Below, piece by piece: positions 11,817 to 23,600 of a DNA stretch of 64,000 nucleotides. The first letter of the stretch is position 1. Every line of letters starts with the position of its first letter. Made by a program: the position numbers and the translations under genes. This stretch comes from Heptranchias perlo. Lineage: Eukaryota. The notes below the pieces were generated by a model. It saw only the letters and a list, made by a program, of their open reading frames with translations, was not told where the DNA came from and searched no databases. Where the stretch lies: contig NC_090340.1 of the NCBI RefSeq assembly GCF_035084215.1, forward strand, positions 14,632,001-14,696,000. The letters run 5' to 3'.

Positions 11817-12236
11817 AAGAACCATAAGAAATAGGAGCAGGAGTAGGATACACGGCCCCTCGAGCCTGCTCCGCCATTCAATAAGATCATGGGTGATCTT
11901 CTACCTCAACTCCACTTTCCCACCCTATCCCCATATCCCGTGATTCCCTTAGTGTCCAAAAATCAATCGATCTCAGTCTTAAATATACTCAAGGACTGAG
12001 CATCCATAGTCCTCTGGAGTGCCAAAAATTCACAACTCTCTGAGTGAAGACATTTTCCCTCATCTCGGTCCTCAATGGCCGTCCCCTTATCATGAGGCTA
12101 TGGCTACAAGTTCTAGACTTTCCAGCCAGGGGAAACAGCGTCTCAGCATCTACCCTGTCAAGCCCTTTAAGAATGTTATAAGTTGCAATGAGATCACCTC
12201 TCATTCTTCGAAACTCCTGAAATTATAGGCCCATTT
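11817..12236 (-). mobile_element. CR1 3' end truncating the pseudo-V
   Basis: ORF 11989-12204 MRGDLIATYNILKG; tail aagaaccataagaaataggagcagg. Confidence 0.8.
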
Positions 12237-15200
12237 TATGACGCAGAAAAACTGCCAGATTTTCTGTTTTTATTTTACATTTCAGTATTCTCTGTTATCT
12301 CTCTTGTCTACTGGTATTGCTTCAGAGATGCTGCATATATCATACTGTAACTAAAGGAGCCAGCCTTTGGCTTAGTGGTAGCACACCCACCTCTGAGTCA
12401 ACAGGTGCACAGTTGAACCCCTACTACAGACCGCCCTGACCAGTGGATACGAGAGCTCCAGCTCTGGGTTCACATCCAACGCGATACAGACTCCCAGTGG
12501 GTGAGGGTGGCCAGCGTATAAGTTGTGCCAGCAAATTTCTTGCCGTACAGGGCGAACAATTTTATTGGCTAGTATAACGATGGGTATAACCATGAAAGGA
12601 GCGTCCTGTGAACCTACGACTCCTTCCCTTAATTCACACTAAGGCAAGATACAAAAACAACGACCGGAACTAACGTCACGGCAGAAGCATAATCAGTGGC
12701 TCCACTTGATTGGAATATTCGAATTTGAACTACAACTGAGCTAAAGAATTATCAATGGAAATAAAAATGGGGAGAGATGTAAAACCGGTTGCCGAATCGA
12801 GATCAACCGTTTTACATTATCGCACAAAATCAAAATCTACCGCAATGAGTTAGGAAACCGCCCCTTCATGTCTGAGAACCAGTTTTAAATCGCCAGTACA
12901 TACTAATTGGAATCTCATTGTTTTCGATGTGTTAAATGAGATTTAACAATCGTAAGCCTGAATCCAGTGAACTTGAGCCCACAGCAGAAAATTGTCCCTA
13001 AATTATGAATCTCGCTTAGAGAGATAAGACGGGAGGCTATTTTGGAAACTGTTATCCTGCTCCAGTCCTCCTCGCAATTTCTTATTAAACGATACTATTC
13101 GAACAGCGTAGAGGGAGCCGCAACTAACTTGTACTGCACGACCTATTTTTTCGAAAGCCGTTTTGTGAATTTCTAATGGCCCCTTCCCTTTCCCAGTGAT
13201 TATAAAGGTTATCTCTTACAATCCCTTCTAGTATCTCCCCAAAATGGATGTCAAGCTCTGATTTGTCCCCTTTTTGGAAACTAGGATTGGGTTTGGAACA
13301 GCGCGGTAAATAGCTCTTCAGAACAAACGGAATTACTGGAAATGATACACGGCCTAGCACGGTAATTTAAAATATATCACTTTCAGAAAAGCGTGTGTTA
13401 CAAAGAGATTGTACAATTATATTATTGGCCAGTGAGAATTTCGCTCTGGAAGTGAACCCAATTTTAATGTTCACAGCTTACAGGGTTATAGGGTCGATTT
13501 ACTTCTTTTTATTAAGAATTGTAAAATGTTTCGTCATTTCATCTTGCATCATTGTGAGTAGGCAACATGGGTGTCTAGAAGATGTTAAGGCTTCATATAT
13601 AGTAACAAACTATACGCATTGTATTTACGTCGCTGTATCCCCAGCCAGCCCAATACAGAGTGTTGTCAGTTATTTAAGTTATCTAATCGACTCAGTCGTT
13701 TGCATTCATATAATTTTTAAACGAGATCATAACGATTTACAACTGAGAACTTTTCAACGTCAAATGGCGATAAAGACTAAGAGCTCCAAACCAGTCAATA
13801 AGGCTTTCCATGTACGTCTCAACAGAAACTGAAATTGATATAACTTATCACTCGGGGGCGATTGCACCATGTCATTAACAAGTCAGCTTCCATTCATCGA
13901 ACGAACTGTTTCTCACACGAAACCGGTGAATACATTTCTTGAATTAACTTGTGTTATCCATGTAAATGATACAATAAAACGTATGTATAACGACAATTGA
14001 AATAGAAAAAAATGCAGCTACGCCCATCCCAAGTCCTAGTTTTCTCCCCATCTCAACTTGACCAGCCGGTGGCTGGTGGCCAACACTCTGCGCGCACAAT
14101 CTACGCTCCAAATCAAAATTCCAATTGTAAAAGCCAGTTGAAACTGGCATTTCTACCGCCCCAAAATAAATAAGCGGTTCCAACTGATTCCATCCCCCCA
14201 CTTTTGCTGTAAAATTAGCCTATAATCTGTTAATTAGGTATTCCGCGATTAAAGAGAGAAATAAAGGGGGTTATTCTATTCGTTTCAAATGCAACTTTTG
14301 GTAATAGAATAGCATATTGGTGTCCTTTAGGTTACACTCTCCCTCAAGCTAATGGAAAAAAAAATCGGGAGAGATGCAAAACGGGCTGCCGATTCGCTAA
14401 TGCCCATTTTACTTTCTCGCATGAAGTCAAAATTACCCTCCTTGTGTTTTACATGGAAGAAAGAATGATCTGAGACGGCATTTTTGGACAGTGCAGCGCT
14501 CACACAGAGTACCGAAGTCGCAGTCTATATTATGTGCTGAAGTCTCTCGAGTGGGATTTGAAGCCACAATCTTCCAACATTCGATAGATTCTGGAACTAT
14601 TCCTGCAGATTGGAGGGTAGCAAATGTAACCCCACTATTTAAGAAAGGAGGGAGAGAGAAAACAGGGAACTACAGGCCTGTTAGCCTGACATCAGTATTA
14701 GGGAAAATGAATCTGTTATAAAGCATGTGATAATAGGACACTTAGAAAATAATAATAGGATTTGGCAAAGTCATCATGGATTTATGAAAGGGAAATCATG
14801 TTTGAAAAACCTATTGGAGTTCTTTGAGGATGTAGCTAGTAGAATAGATATGGGGAACCGGTGGATGTGATGTATTTGGATTTTCAGAAGGCTATCGATA
14901 AGATCCCACACAGGAGGTTGGAGAACACAGTTAGAGTGCATGGAATTGGGGGTAATATGGGGGTATATATTGGGGGTAATTGGGGGAGCACATGGATTGA
15001 GAACTGGTTAACAGACAGAAACAGAGAGTAGGAATAAACGGGCCTTTTTTAGGTTGGCAGACTGTGACTAGTGGGGTGCCGCAAGGATTGATGCTTGGGC
15101 CCCAGCTATTCGCAATATATATCAATGATTTGGATGAGGGGAACAAATGTAATATTTCCAAGTTTGCTGATGACACAAAACTGGGTGGGAATGTGAGTTG

Positions 15201-16021
15201 TGAGGAGGATGTAAAGAGGCTTCAAGGGGATATAGACAGGCTAAGTGAGTGGGCAAGAACATGGCAGATGGAATAGAATGTGGAAAAATGTGAAGTTATC
15301 CACTTTGGTAGGGAAAAGAGAAATGCAGAGTAGTTTTTAAATGGTAAGATATTGGGAAATGTTGATGTTCAAAGGTACCTGGGTGTCCTTGTACATGAGT
15401 CACTGAAAGCTAACATGCAGGTGCAGCAAGCAATTATGAAGGCAAATGGTATGTTGGCCTTTATTACACAAGTATTTGAGTAGAGAAGTAAAGGTTTCTT
15501 ACTGCAATTATATAGGGCCTTGGTGAGACTGCACCTGGCGTATTGTGCACAATTTTGGTCTCCTTACCTAAGAAAGGATATAAGTGCAATAGAGGGAGTG
15601 CAACAAAGGTTCACCAGACAGATTCCTAGGATGGTGGGATTATTGTATGAGGAGAAATTGAGTGGACTAGGCCTGTATTCTCTAGAGTTTAGAAGAATGA
15701 GAGGTGATCTCATTGAAATATACAAAATTCTTACAGAGCTCGACAGGGTAGATGCAAGGAGGATGTTTCTGCTGACTGGGGAATCTAGAACCAGGGGTCA
15801 CAGTCTCAGAATAAAGGGTAGGCAATTTAGGACTGAGATGAGGAGACATTTCTTCACTCAGAGGGTGGTGAATCTTTGGAATTCTCTATCCGAGAGGGCT
15901 GTGGAAGCTCGGTCATTGAGTACATTCAAAACAGAGATCGATAGATTTCTAGATATTAAAGGCATCAAGTGATATGGGGATGGTGCAGAAAAATGGCGTT
16001 GACGTAGAAGATCAGCCACGA

Positions 16022-17877
16022 TTAAACAACTAACCATGTTGTTTGGTGGTGGACAATTAAACCATTTGGTGGTGGACAATTAAACAACTAACGGGAGGAG
16101 GAGGCTCTGCAAACACCCCCATCCTCAATGATGGCGGAGTCCAGCACGTGAGTGCAAAAGATAAGGCTGAAGCATTTGCAACCATCTTCAGCCAGAAGTG
16201 ACGAGTGGATGATCCATCTCGGTCTCCTCCCGATATCCCCACCATCACAGAAAACAGTCTTCAGCCAATTCGATTCACTCCACGTGATATCAAGAAACAG
16301 CTGAGTGGACTGGATACATCAAAGGCTATGGGCCCCGACAACATCCCGGCTGTAGTGCTGAAGTCTTGTGCTCCAGAAATAGCTGCGCCTCTAGCCAAGC
16401 TGTTCCAGTACAGCGATAACACTGGCATCTACCCGACAATGTGGAAAATTGCCCAGGTATGTCCTGTCCACAAAAAGCAGGACAAATCCAATCCGGCCAA
16501 TTACTGCCCCATCAGTCTACTCTCAATCATCAGCAAAGTGATGGAAGGTGTCGTCGACAGTGCTGACAAGCGGCACTTACTCACCAATAAACTGCTCACT
16601 GATGCTCAGTTTGGGTTCCGCCAGGACTACTCGGCTCCAGATCTCATTACAGCCTTGGTCCAAACATGGACAAAAGAGCTGAATTCCAGAGGTGAGGTGA
16701 GAGGGACTACCCTTGACATCAAGGCAGCATTTGACCGAGTGTGGCACCAAGGAGCCCTAGTAAAATTGAAGTCAATGGGAATGAGGGGGAAAACTCTCCA
16801 GTGGCTGGAGTCACACATAGCACAAAGAAAGATGGTAGTGGTTGTCGGAGTCCAACCATCTCAGCCCCAGGACATTGCTGCAGGAGTTCCTCAGGGCAGT
16901 GTCCTAGGCCCAACCATCTTCAGCTGCTTCATCAATGACCTTCCCTCCATCATAAGGTCAGAAATGGGGATGTTCGCTGATGATTGCACAGTGTTCAGTT
17001 TCATTCTCTACCCCTCAAATAATGAAGCAGTCCGAGCGCGCATGCAGCAAGACCTGGGCAACATCCAGGCTTGGGCTCATAAGTGGCAAGTTCCATTCGC
17101 TCCAGATAAGTGCCAGGCAATGACCATGTCCAACAAGAGAGAGTCTAACCACCTCCCCTTGACATTCAACGGCGTTAGCATCGCCGAATCCCCCACCATC
17201 AACATCCTGGGAGTCACCATTGACCAGAAACGTAACTGGACCAGCCATATAAATACTGTGGCTACGAGAGCAGGTCAGAGGCTGGGTATTCTGCGGCGAG
17301 TGACTCACCTCCTGACTCCCCAAAGCTTTTCCACCATCTACAAGGCACAAGTCAGGAGTGTGATGGAATATTCTCCACTTGCTTGGATGAGTGCAGCTCC
17401 AACAACACTCAAGAAGCTCGACACCATCCAGGACAAAGCAGCCCGCTTGATTGCCACCCCATCCACCACACTAAACATTCACTCCCTTCACCACTGGCAC
17501 ACAGTGGCTGCAGTGTGTACCATCCACAGGATGTACTGCAGCAACTCGCCAAGGCTTCTTCAACAGCACCTCCCAAACCCGCGACCGCTGCCACCTAGAA
17601 GGACAAGAGCAGCAGGCACATGGGAACAACACCATCTGCACGTTCCCCTCCAAGTCACACACCATCCCCACTTGGAAATATATCGCCGTTCCTTCATCGT
17701 TGCTGGGTCAAAATCCTGGAACTCTCTTCCTAACAGCACTGTGGGAGAACCTTCACCATACGGACTGCAGTGGTTCAAGAAGGCGGCTCACCGCCACCTT
17801 CTCAAGGGCAATTAGGGATGGGCAATAAATGCTGGCCTCGCCAGCGACGCCCACATCCCATGAACGAATAAAAAAAA
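16022..17877 (+). mobile_element. 5'-truncated poly(A)-tailed non-LTR retrotransposon (CR1/L2-group, young family)
   Basis: Open RT ORF; short 3' UTR gggatgggcaataaatgctggcctcgccagcgacgcccacatcccatgaacgaat(A)n. Confidence 0.9.
16205..17815 (+). CDS. LINE reverse transcriptase (partial ORF2)
   Basis: 536 aa: [44 protein letters not shown]. Confidence 0.85.
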   Translation: MDDPSRSPPDIPTITENSLQPIRFTPRDIKKQLSGLDTSKAMGPDNIPAVVLKSCAPEIAAPLAKLFQYSDNTGIYPTMWKIAQVCPVHKKQDKSNPANYCPISLLSIISKVMEGVVDSADKRHLLTNKLLTDAQFGFRQDYSAPDLITALVQTWTKELNSRGEVRGTTLDIKAAFDRVWHQGALVKLKSMGMRGKTLQWLESHIAQRKMVVVVGVQPSQPQDIAAGVPQGSVLGPTIFSCFINDLPSIIRSEMGMFADDCTVFSFILYPSNNEAVRARMQQDLGNIQAWAHKWQVPFAPDKCQAMTMSNKRESNHLPLTFNGVSIAESPTINILGVTIDQKRNWTSHINTVATRAGQRLGILRRVTHLLTPQSFSTIYKAQVRSVMEYSPLAWMSAAPTTLKKLDTIQDKAARLIATPSTTLNIHSLHHWHTVAAVCTIHRMYCSNSPRLLQQHLPNPRPLPPRRTRAAGTWEQHHLHVPLQVTHHPHLEIYRRSFIVAGSKSWNSLPNSTVGEPSPYGLQWFKKAAHRHLLKGN

Positions 17878-18049
17878 TGATCTTGTTGAATGGGGGAGCA
17901 GGCTCGAGGGGCCGGATGGCCTGCTCCTGCTCCTATTTCTTAAGTTCTTATGTTCTGACTCGGATGCAAGAATGCTACCAATGAGCCACGATGGAGACTT
18001 AACATCACTCTTGTTGAATATTGTTTCCTCAAGCTTACTTTAAGCACCA

Positions 18050-19165
18050 CCATGGGGGATCCACATATTCGCAAATTTGCCATGGGGAGTAAGAGGTTCT
18101 ACAGCCTTATCAATGGCTTCTCTTCCCACCCCAAACTGACACTTTGTCAGTCCCGCAACCGTATATCCTTGGCACTTTCCGCTTGCACATCAATATTTTA
18201 CCCCTTGGCAAAATTATCCACAGCCACAGGACCAGTTTCCATTTGCACAATTCCTCCCTCCCCCGCCCTATCCAGCAACCTTAACCCTTCTGCTGGTTCA
18301 ATATTGTGAGACTGCTTCTCGGACTCCAGTCTTGGATGAACTTCAATTTCCTCTAACTAGCCAATGGAAAGACTGAAGCCATCGCCTTTGCCCCGAAAAC
18401 AAAATCTATCCACTTGCCAATCACTTCGCCCCCGTCCTAGCAACTATCTCAAGCTGAATCAGATTGTTTGCAATCTTGTCGCCTGAATAAACCTTGAGAT
18501 GGGCTTCTGACCCGATATACTCTCCATCATAAAGACAACGTACGCCTCCCTCCGTGACATTGCCCAACTCTGCCCTGGCCTCAGTGCATCTGTTGCTCAA
18601 ACCCTCATTCTTGCCTTTGTCATCTTCAGACTTGACTATTCCAATGCTCTCTTGCCCAGCCTCCCATTTCCACCTTCTTTAAACTTCATATTATCCAGCC
18701 TCATGCCGTCCATATCCTATCCCACACCAAGTCCATTCACCCATCACAGCTGAACGCAGAGCTGCATAAAACTACAACTTTCCCCGATGCTTCAAATTTA
18801 AAATTCTCTTCCTTGTTTTGAATCTCTCCGTGGCTTCTCCTTTCTCTCAATGCCAGAACCTCCTCCCCAAGCTTTCCATTCTACTGACTCGGTCCTCCTG
18901 GGTATTTGCTTTCCGTTCAAGCTATCATTGGCTGGCGTGGCTATCGGCCATCCAGGACCCATGCACTGGAATGCCCTCCTTAATCCCCTCCATCTCTTCA
19001 GCTGTCATTTCTCCTTTACAAACCTCCTTCAAATCTGCTTCTTTCAGAAAGCTTTAGGTGCTAATATCTCCTTTATTGGCTCTAACTCTTATTGTACTTA
19101 CTGCTCTATGAATCACCTTGGGACGTATTTCCACGTTCAAGGCATAATGTAGGTCCAAATTGTTG
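18050..19165 (+). mobile_element. Old decayed L2 LINE 3' half
   Basis: Encodes a TLILAFVIFRLDYSNALL-type L2 motif at ~18600-18655 and has an L2-like tail. Confidence 0.7.
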
Positions 19166-20475
19166 CTTTTATTTTTGCTGGGTTTTGTGGTTGGAGGATG
19201 CGGGGCTGTTTTCTATTATTGCATTCGCTATTGTCCATATCTGAGAAATTCCATCAGGGAACTTCAACGGAGATTGGATATCTGAACCAATCAGAGAAGC
19301 ATGACGTGTTAATTTGTGGAGTGTTGCTCTAATGCGAAGCTTTATCTACATTGTTCAAGTGTGGTCCGCGTGGATAGGGGCAATACGTGAGACTTTTAAT
19401 TCCATAGATTTTTTAAAATTCTGCTCTAGATCTTCTCTGAAGCGGATACTCTTCAAACGGTGATAAAGCCTGCAATGGGCAGGAACTTGAATGGGAAGAA
19501 TGTTACCGTTCACTGTTGTTAACTCGTTCTTCCGTAATGAGTGTTTTACTTGCAACTTATTGGCGGCCAATTCAAGCTTAGCTAAGTAACATAAACACTA
19601 TAAAGCCAATTTGCACTATTTTAACGTGGCAACCACTAATGCGCTGCATTCATTTTGGACAGAACCCGAGCGCTGATAACAAGACAATAACATTGCAGGT
19701 AAAGCCAGACTTCAAGGACACATCTGCAGCTGTATAATGGAATCCTACGCTGTGTGTTTTTTCAATGTGGGAAAGTTACAGAAATATAAAGATGAACAAT
19801 TGATAACAAAGAAACATCATCCAGCTGCCCAGAGAACGACATTAGTACAGCTCAGTACGTCACAATGAACGGTTTCCTACATCAGCATCAACACCCAATC
19901 GCATGACAAGGCACACGATCACGTGATCACTGATCGTTCAGCTTGTATATTACTCATTTCGGATTGGTGTCAAGTCTTCTGAGGTATAAGACATTACAAA
20001 GCACAGCATCAGTCTAAAATCACCTGGATGTTAAAGGAAGTGTGAACTTTTAGTTAACAGTCTGCATACAGACAACTGCCGTATTAATCAGTCCTTTTCT
20101 AACCATCGTTTTTCAGTAAATATTGCTTCTTATTGTTCACAGGCTGATTATGAACGACATATGATAGTCCGTACTTTGTATTGATTTGGCATGTCAATTA
20201 TATTTTAGGTCACGTTAAAGTAGTGGGCAGAGGATGGCCCGTGTACGCATCAACGGCTGCCGAAATTCACCCGAGAAGATCGCACTCGCACCTCCATTCC
20301 GGTATCTTAAAGCATCAGGAAACAACACTGACTGCACGAGTTTCAGTAAATTCTGCACTTGGAAAGCAAATAGTTTCCCTTACTCTTTGCTGCCCGTGAC
20401 GCATGTGAGTCCAAAAAGTGCAGAAATTAGCATATCGCACTGAACAAACGAGGCATCTGTTGTAAAGCCGCAGTT

Positions 20476-20523
20476 ACAGGATGTCAAACGACATTGCGAC
20501 GCATCTCATTAAAAACAACCGCA
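20476..20523 (+). promoter_or_regulatory. Candidate ETS + RUNX sites upstream of gene A
   Basis: ACAGGATGT (20476-20484) and AACCGCA (20517-20523), 65-110 nt upstream of the ATG, conserved in gene B. No obvious TATA box. Confidence 0.35.
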
Positions 20524-20587
20524 AACCATTCTTAACAGTGGCAAGCTCGTAATTAGTGCAGTGCGTCAGTTTAATCTGTTGCTCAGA

Positions 20588-20642
20588 ATGTCGGCGAGTA
20601 TGGTGTTTCTGTGCTTGACGCTCCGGGGGATTATTTACACAG
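20588..20642 (+). CDS. Gene A exon 1, signal peptide
   Basis: MSASMVFLCLTLRGIIYT, phase 1 donor G|gtacc; identical in gene B. Confidence 0.8.
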
Positions 20643-23600
20643 GTACCTCTTTATTCACAAGAACAGCTACTTTAATTTATAAAACATTTTCCGAAGTCGT
20701 TTCCACATAAATGCAATGAACGTAATTCCTCTATCTAGATTCATTTTTCTCTCTTCCATCTCCATGTCGTATCTAATACAATTATCCCGGATTTGACTAT
20801 TTTCTCTGACAGCTGCGGACCACAGTTCGTTCAGAGTGACTCAAGCGCCCGAACAGGCGATTGTATCCAAAGGGGGAGACATCACCTTCTACTGCATATT
20901 CCCAATCTCTCAAACCCATTCCTGGGTAAGAGTGTATTGGTGGAAACAGGGTGAGGATGAATACCTGCCAAGAAGCGCCGATAAGAGAAAACGATTTGGT
21001 CTGGAAGGTAAAGCGAGAGGTTTCTTTCAGTTAATGCGCGCGACTTTCCAAGACTCTGGAGTCTATCACTGCGCAGTGATCCGAGAGGGAATAGTTGGAG
21101 GAAATGGAACCGGATCACATCTCATTGTGCATGGTAAGTGTGAAACACCACAGAGCGGGACTGTCGCAAACATATCAAACATAACAAAGGGGAATGTTTT
21201 GTGATTGTTTTATTGTAGTTTTTGACAGTATAAACATTTCTGCGATCACATTTCGCGAGAATGTTAAGTTGCATTTTCGTGTTCTCTATATAGAACTACC
21301 AATTTGAGAGTAAAATATAACCCTCCACACTGAGAGTACAGCAAAATGTTTAAATGATAAGCAATTGGCCTGTAACTCCAAATAAATTTATACACCAGAT
21401 ATCTGACAGCGGAAGTTCAGAACAAATTCCAAGCTTATAACTGAGTGAAAATGGTTTATATTAACACGCTTCCCCCACCATATACACGGCTCTTAGCCCA
21501 TTTTGAATGGTCTGTCTGCTCCCATCTCCGTCTCTAGGGTTTAACACTCTTGAAATTAATTCTCACATCATGTTTGGCTCGTTAGCGTCACGGATTTGAA
21601 AGCCAGCGTGCAACTAACTGTTGATTAACGGATTCACTTAACAAACTGGAGCTTGGAATTCACAACGTTGTCGCCTCACTAACCCCCAATAAATACAATA
21701 CGCCGGAACTGTGTTGCTGAAACCTCCTGAGGTTCAACCGAATATAGTTCGTTTCACCAATCTTCATGCTTCGGCTGTGAGATCAGTCCGATACCTGCTA
21801 ATGCCCTCCTTTTATCATCGCAATGTGCAGATCACTCGTCACTTTCTAACTGAGTAAAAAAAATGGAGGACTGGGCGCGCCAACTTTCCCCCAGGGTTTA
21901 TTTGTTTAATTCTTTGGACGATGAAACGTGACATTGATTAGCAATCGTTGCGAGGCGTCTGCTGAGTAACTCAAAGTGCATGTAACGCAGTGCATGTAAA
22001 CAAATGCCGGTGACGATGAGTGATATGGATGAGGTGTGTGTTGACGATCTGCCTAACATTAACAGGACAGGAGACTGTGCTTTAGAATGTTGCTGTTAGA
22101 ATAAAATGGACCGATGGTAAATAAGAATCATATTTAATTTCTCCCAATGGTGCCCAGTAACTCGATTTTGTTCATTCTCTGTTCCGCAGCTCCCCCAACT
22201 CCACTGAAGATTGTCTCCAGGACAGCTGAGGGGAATTCATCTGCGACTCTGACTCTTGTGTGTGAAACGGCTGAGTTTTATCCGGAGAATTTCACCCTCG
22301 CTTGGTATAAAAACGGCGTTGTAATTGCAACAGGAATAAATACCATTAAACGGCAGAACACTGAGGGGCTGTATGAAGTTTCCAGCTCTTTGGAAGAGAC
22401 GCAGTATGTCCCGAGCGGCACGAATTATACCTGTGTGATATCTCACGTCTCGCTCAAGACTCCAGCTATTGTCACCTATAGTGTTACGAAATCTAACCAA
22501 GGTACGAGGCCAACAGTCCAAGAGGATAGTTAAAATCGCAAACAGATATATCGTATAGTTTGCAAACAAATATATTGTAGAGCTTGTATTGATAATCATG
22601 AAGATATTTCGCTGGAAACGCATGGGAAATAATCACAAAAACATAAAATTCTTGTTTTAATGTATAATATAATTGAACCCAATGTGTTGTAAAACGGGGT
22701 TATATCGTCCATAGCACAAATTTTGTGTCAAACCTTATTTGCCTTCAACTTCCTCTATTTTACGTATAACGAATGGAAACAGGAGTTTATCTTTTGTATC
22801 CCATTATATTTCTCTCCTGCTTAGTATTAATACATCTTCGGGTTTTTTTCCGTTTTAAATGGTTTCATTCTTTACCACTGCCGGCTTTCCCTGCATCAGG
22901 ATAATTACCATGAGCTGCAGTGAACTTTTTTTTATTCGTTCATGTGATGTGGGCGTCGCTGGTAAGGACAGCATTTATTACCCATCCCTAATTGCCCTTG
23001 AGAAGGTGGTGGTGAGCCGCCTTCTAGAAAGGCTGCATTCCGTGTGGTGAAGGTTCTCCCACAGTGCTATTAGGTAGGGATTTCCAGGATTTTGACCCAG
23101 CAGCGATGAAGCAACCGCGATATATTTCCAAATCGGGATAATGTGTGACTTGGAGGGGAACGTGCAGGTGGTGTTGTTCCCATGTGCCTGCTGCTCTTGT
23201 CCTTCTAGGTCGCGGGTTTGGGAGGTGCTGTCCAATGAGTCTTGGCGAATTACTGCAGTGCATCCTGTGGATAGTACACAATGCAGACACGGTGCGCCGA
23301 TGGTGAAGGGAGTGAATGTTTAGGGTGGTGGATGGGGCGCCAATCATGCGGGCTGCTTTGTCCTGGATGGTGTCAAGCTTCTTGAGTGTTGTTGGAGCTG
23401 CACTCATCCAAGCAAGTGGAGAGTATTCTATCACACTCCTGACTTGTGCCTTGTAGATGGTGGAAAGGCTTTGGGGAGTCAGGAGGTGAGTCACTCGCCG
23501 CAGAATACTCACCCTCTGACCTGCTCTTGTAGCCACAGTATTATGTGGCTGGTCCAGTTAAGTTTCTGGTCAATGGTGGCCCCCAGGATGTTGATGGTGG

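Larger units (their letters stand above)
14567..17953 (+). mobile_element. CR1 ORF2 fragment (14567-16021 and 17878-17953), itself inserted in a SINE head
   Basis: WRVANVTPLFKKG, GVPQG, KFADD and LEFRRMRGDL motifs. The 3' UTR resumes at 17878 and ends in a ttcttatgttct tail. Confidence 0.85.

Noticed and set aside
13600-13650. Minus-strand GDTAT*IQC resembling an Ig DxAxYxC motif
   Set aside because: Wrong spacing, a stop codon, and no upstream Cys/Trp.
21149-21187. RSS-like CACAGAG after the gene A V exon
   Set aside because: It lies inside the intron, has a poor nonamer at both 12 and 23 spacing, and is not conserved in gene B. The V already has its G strand.
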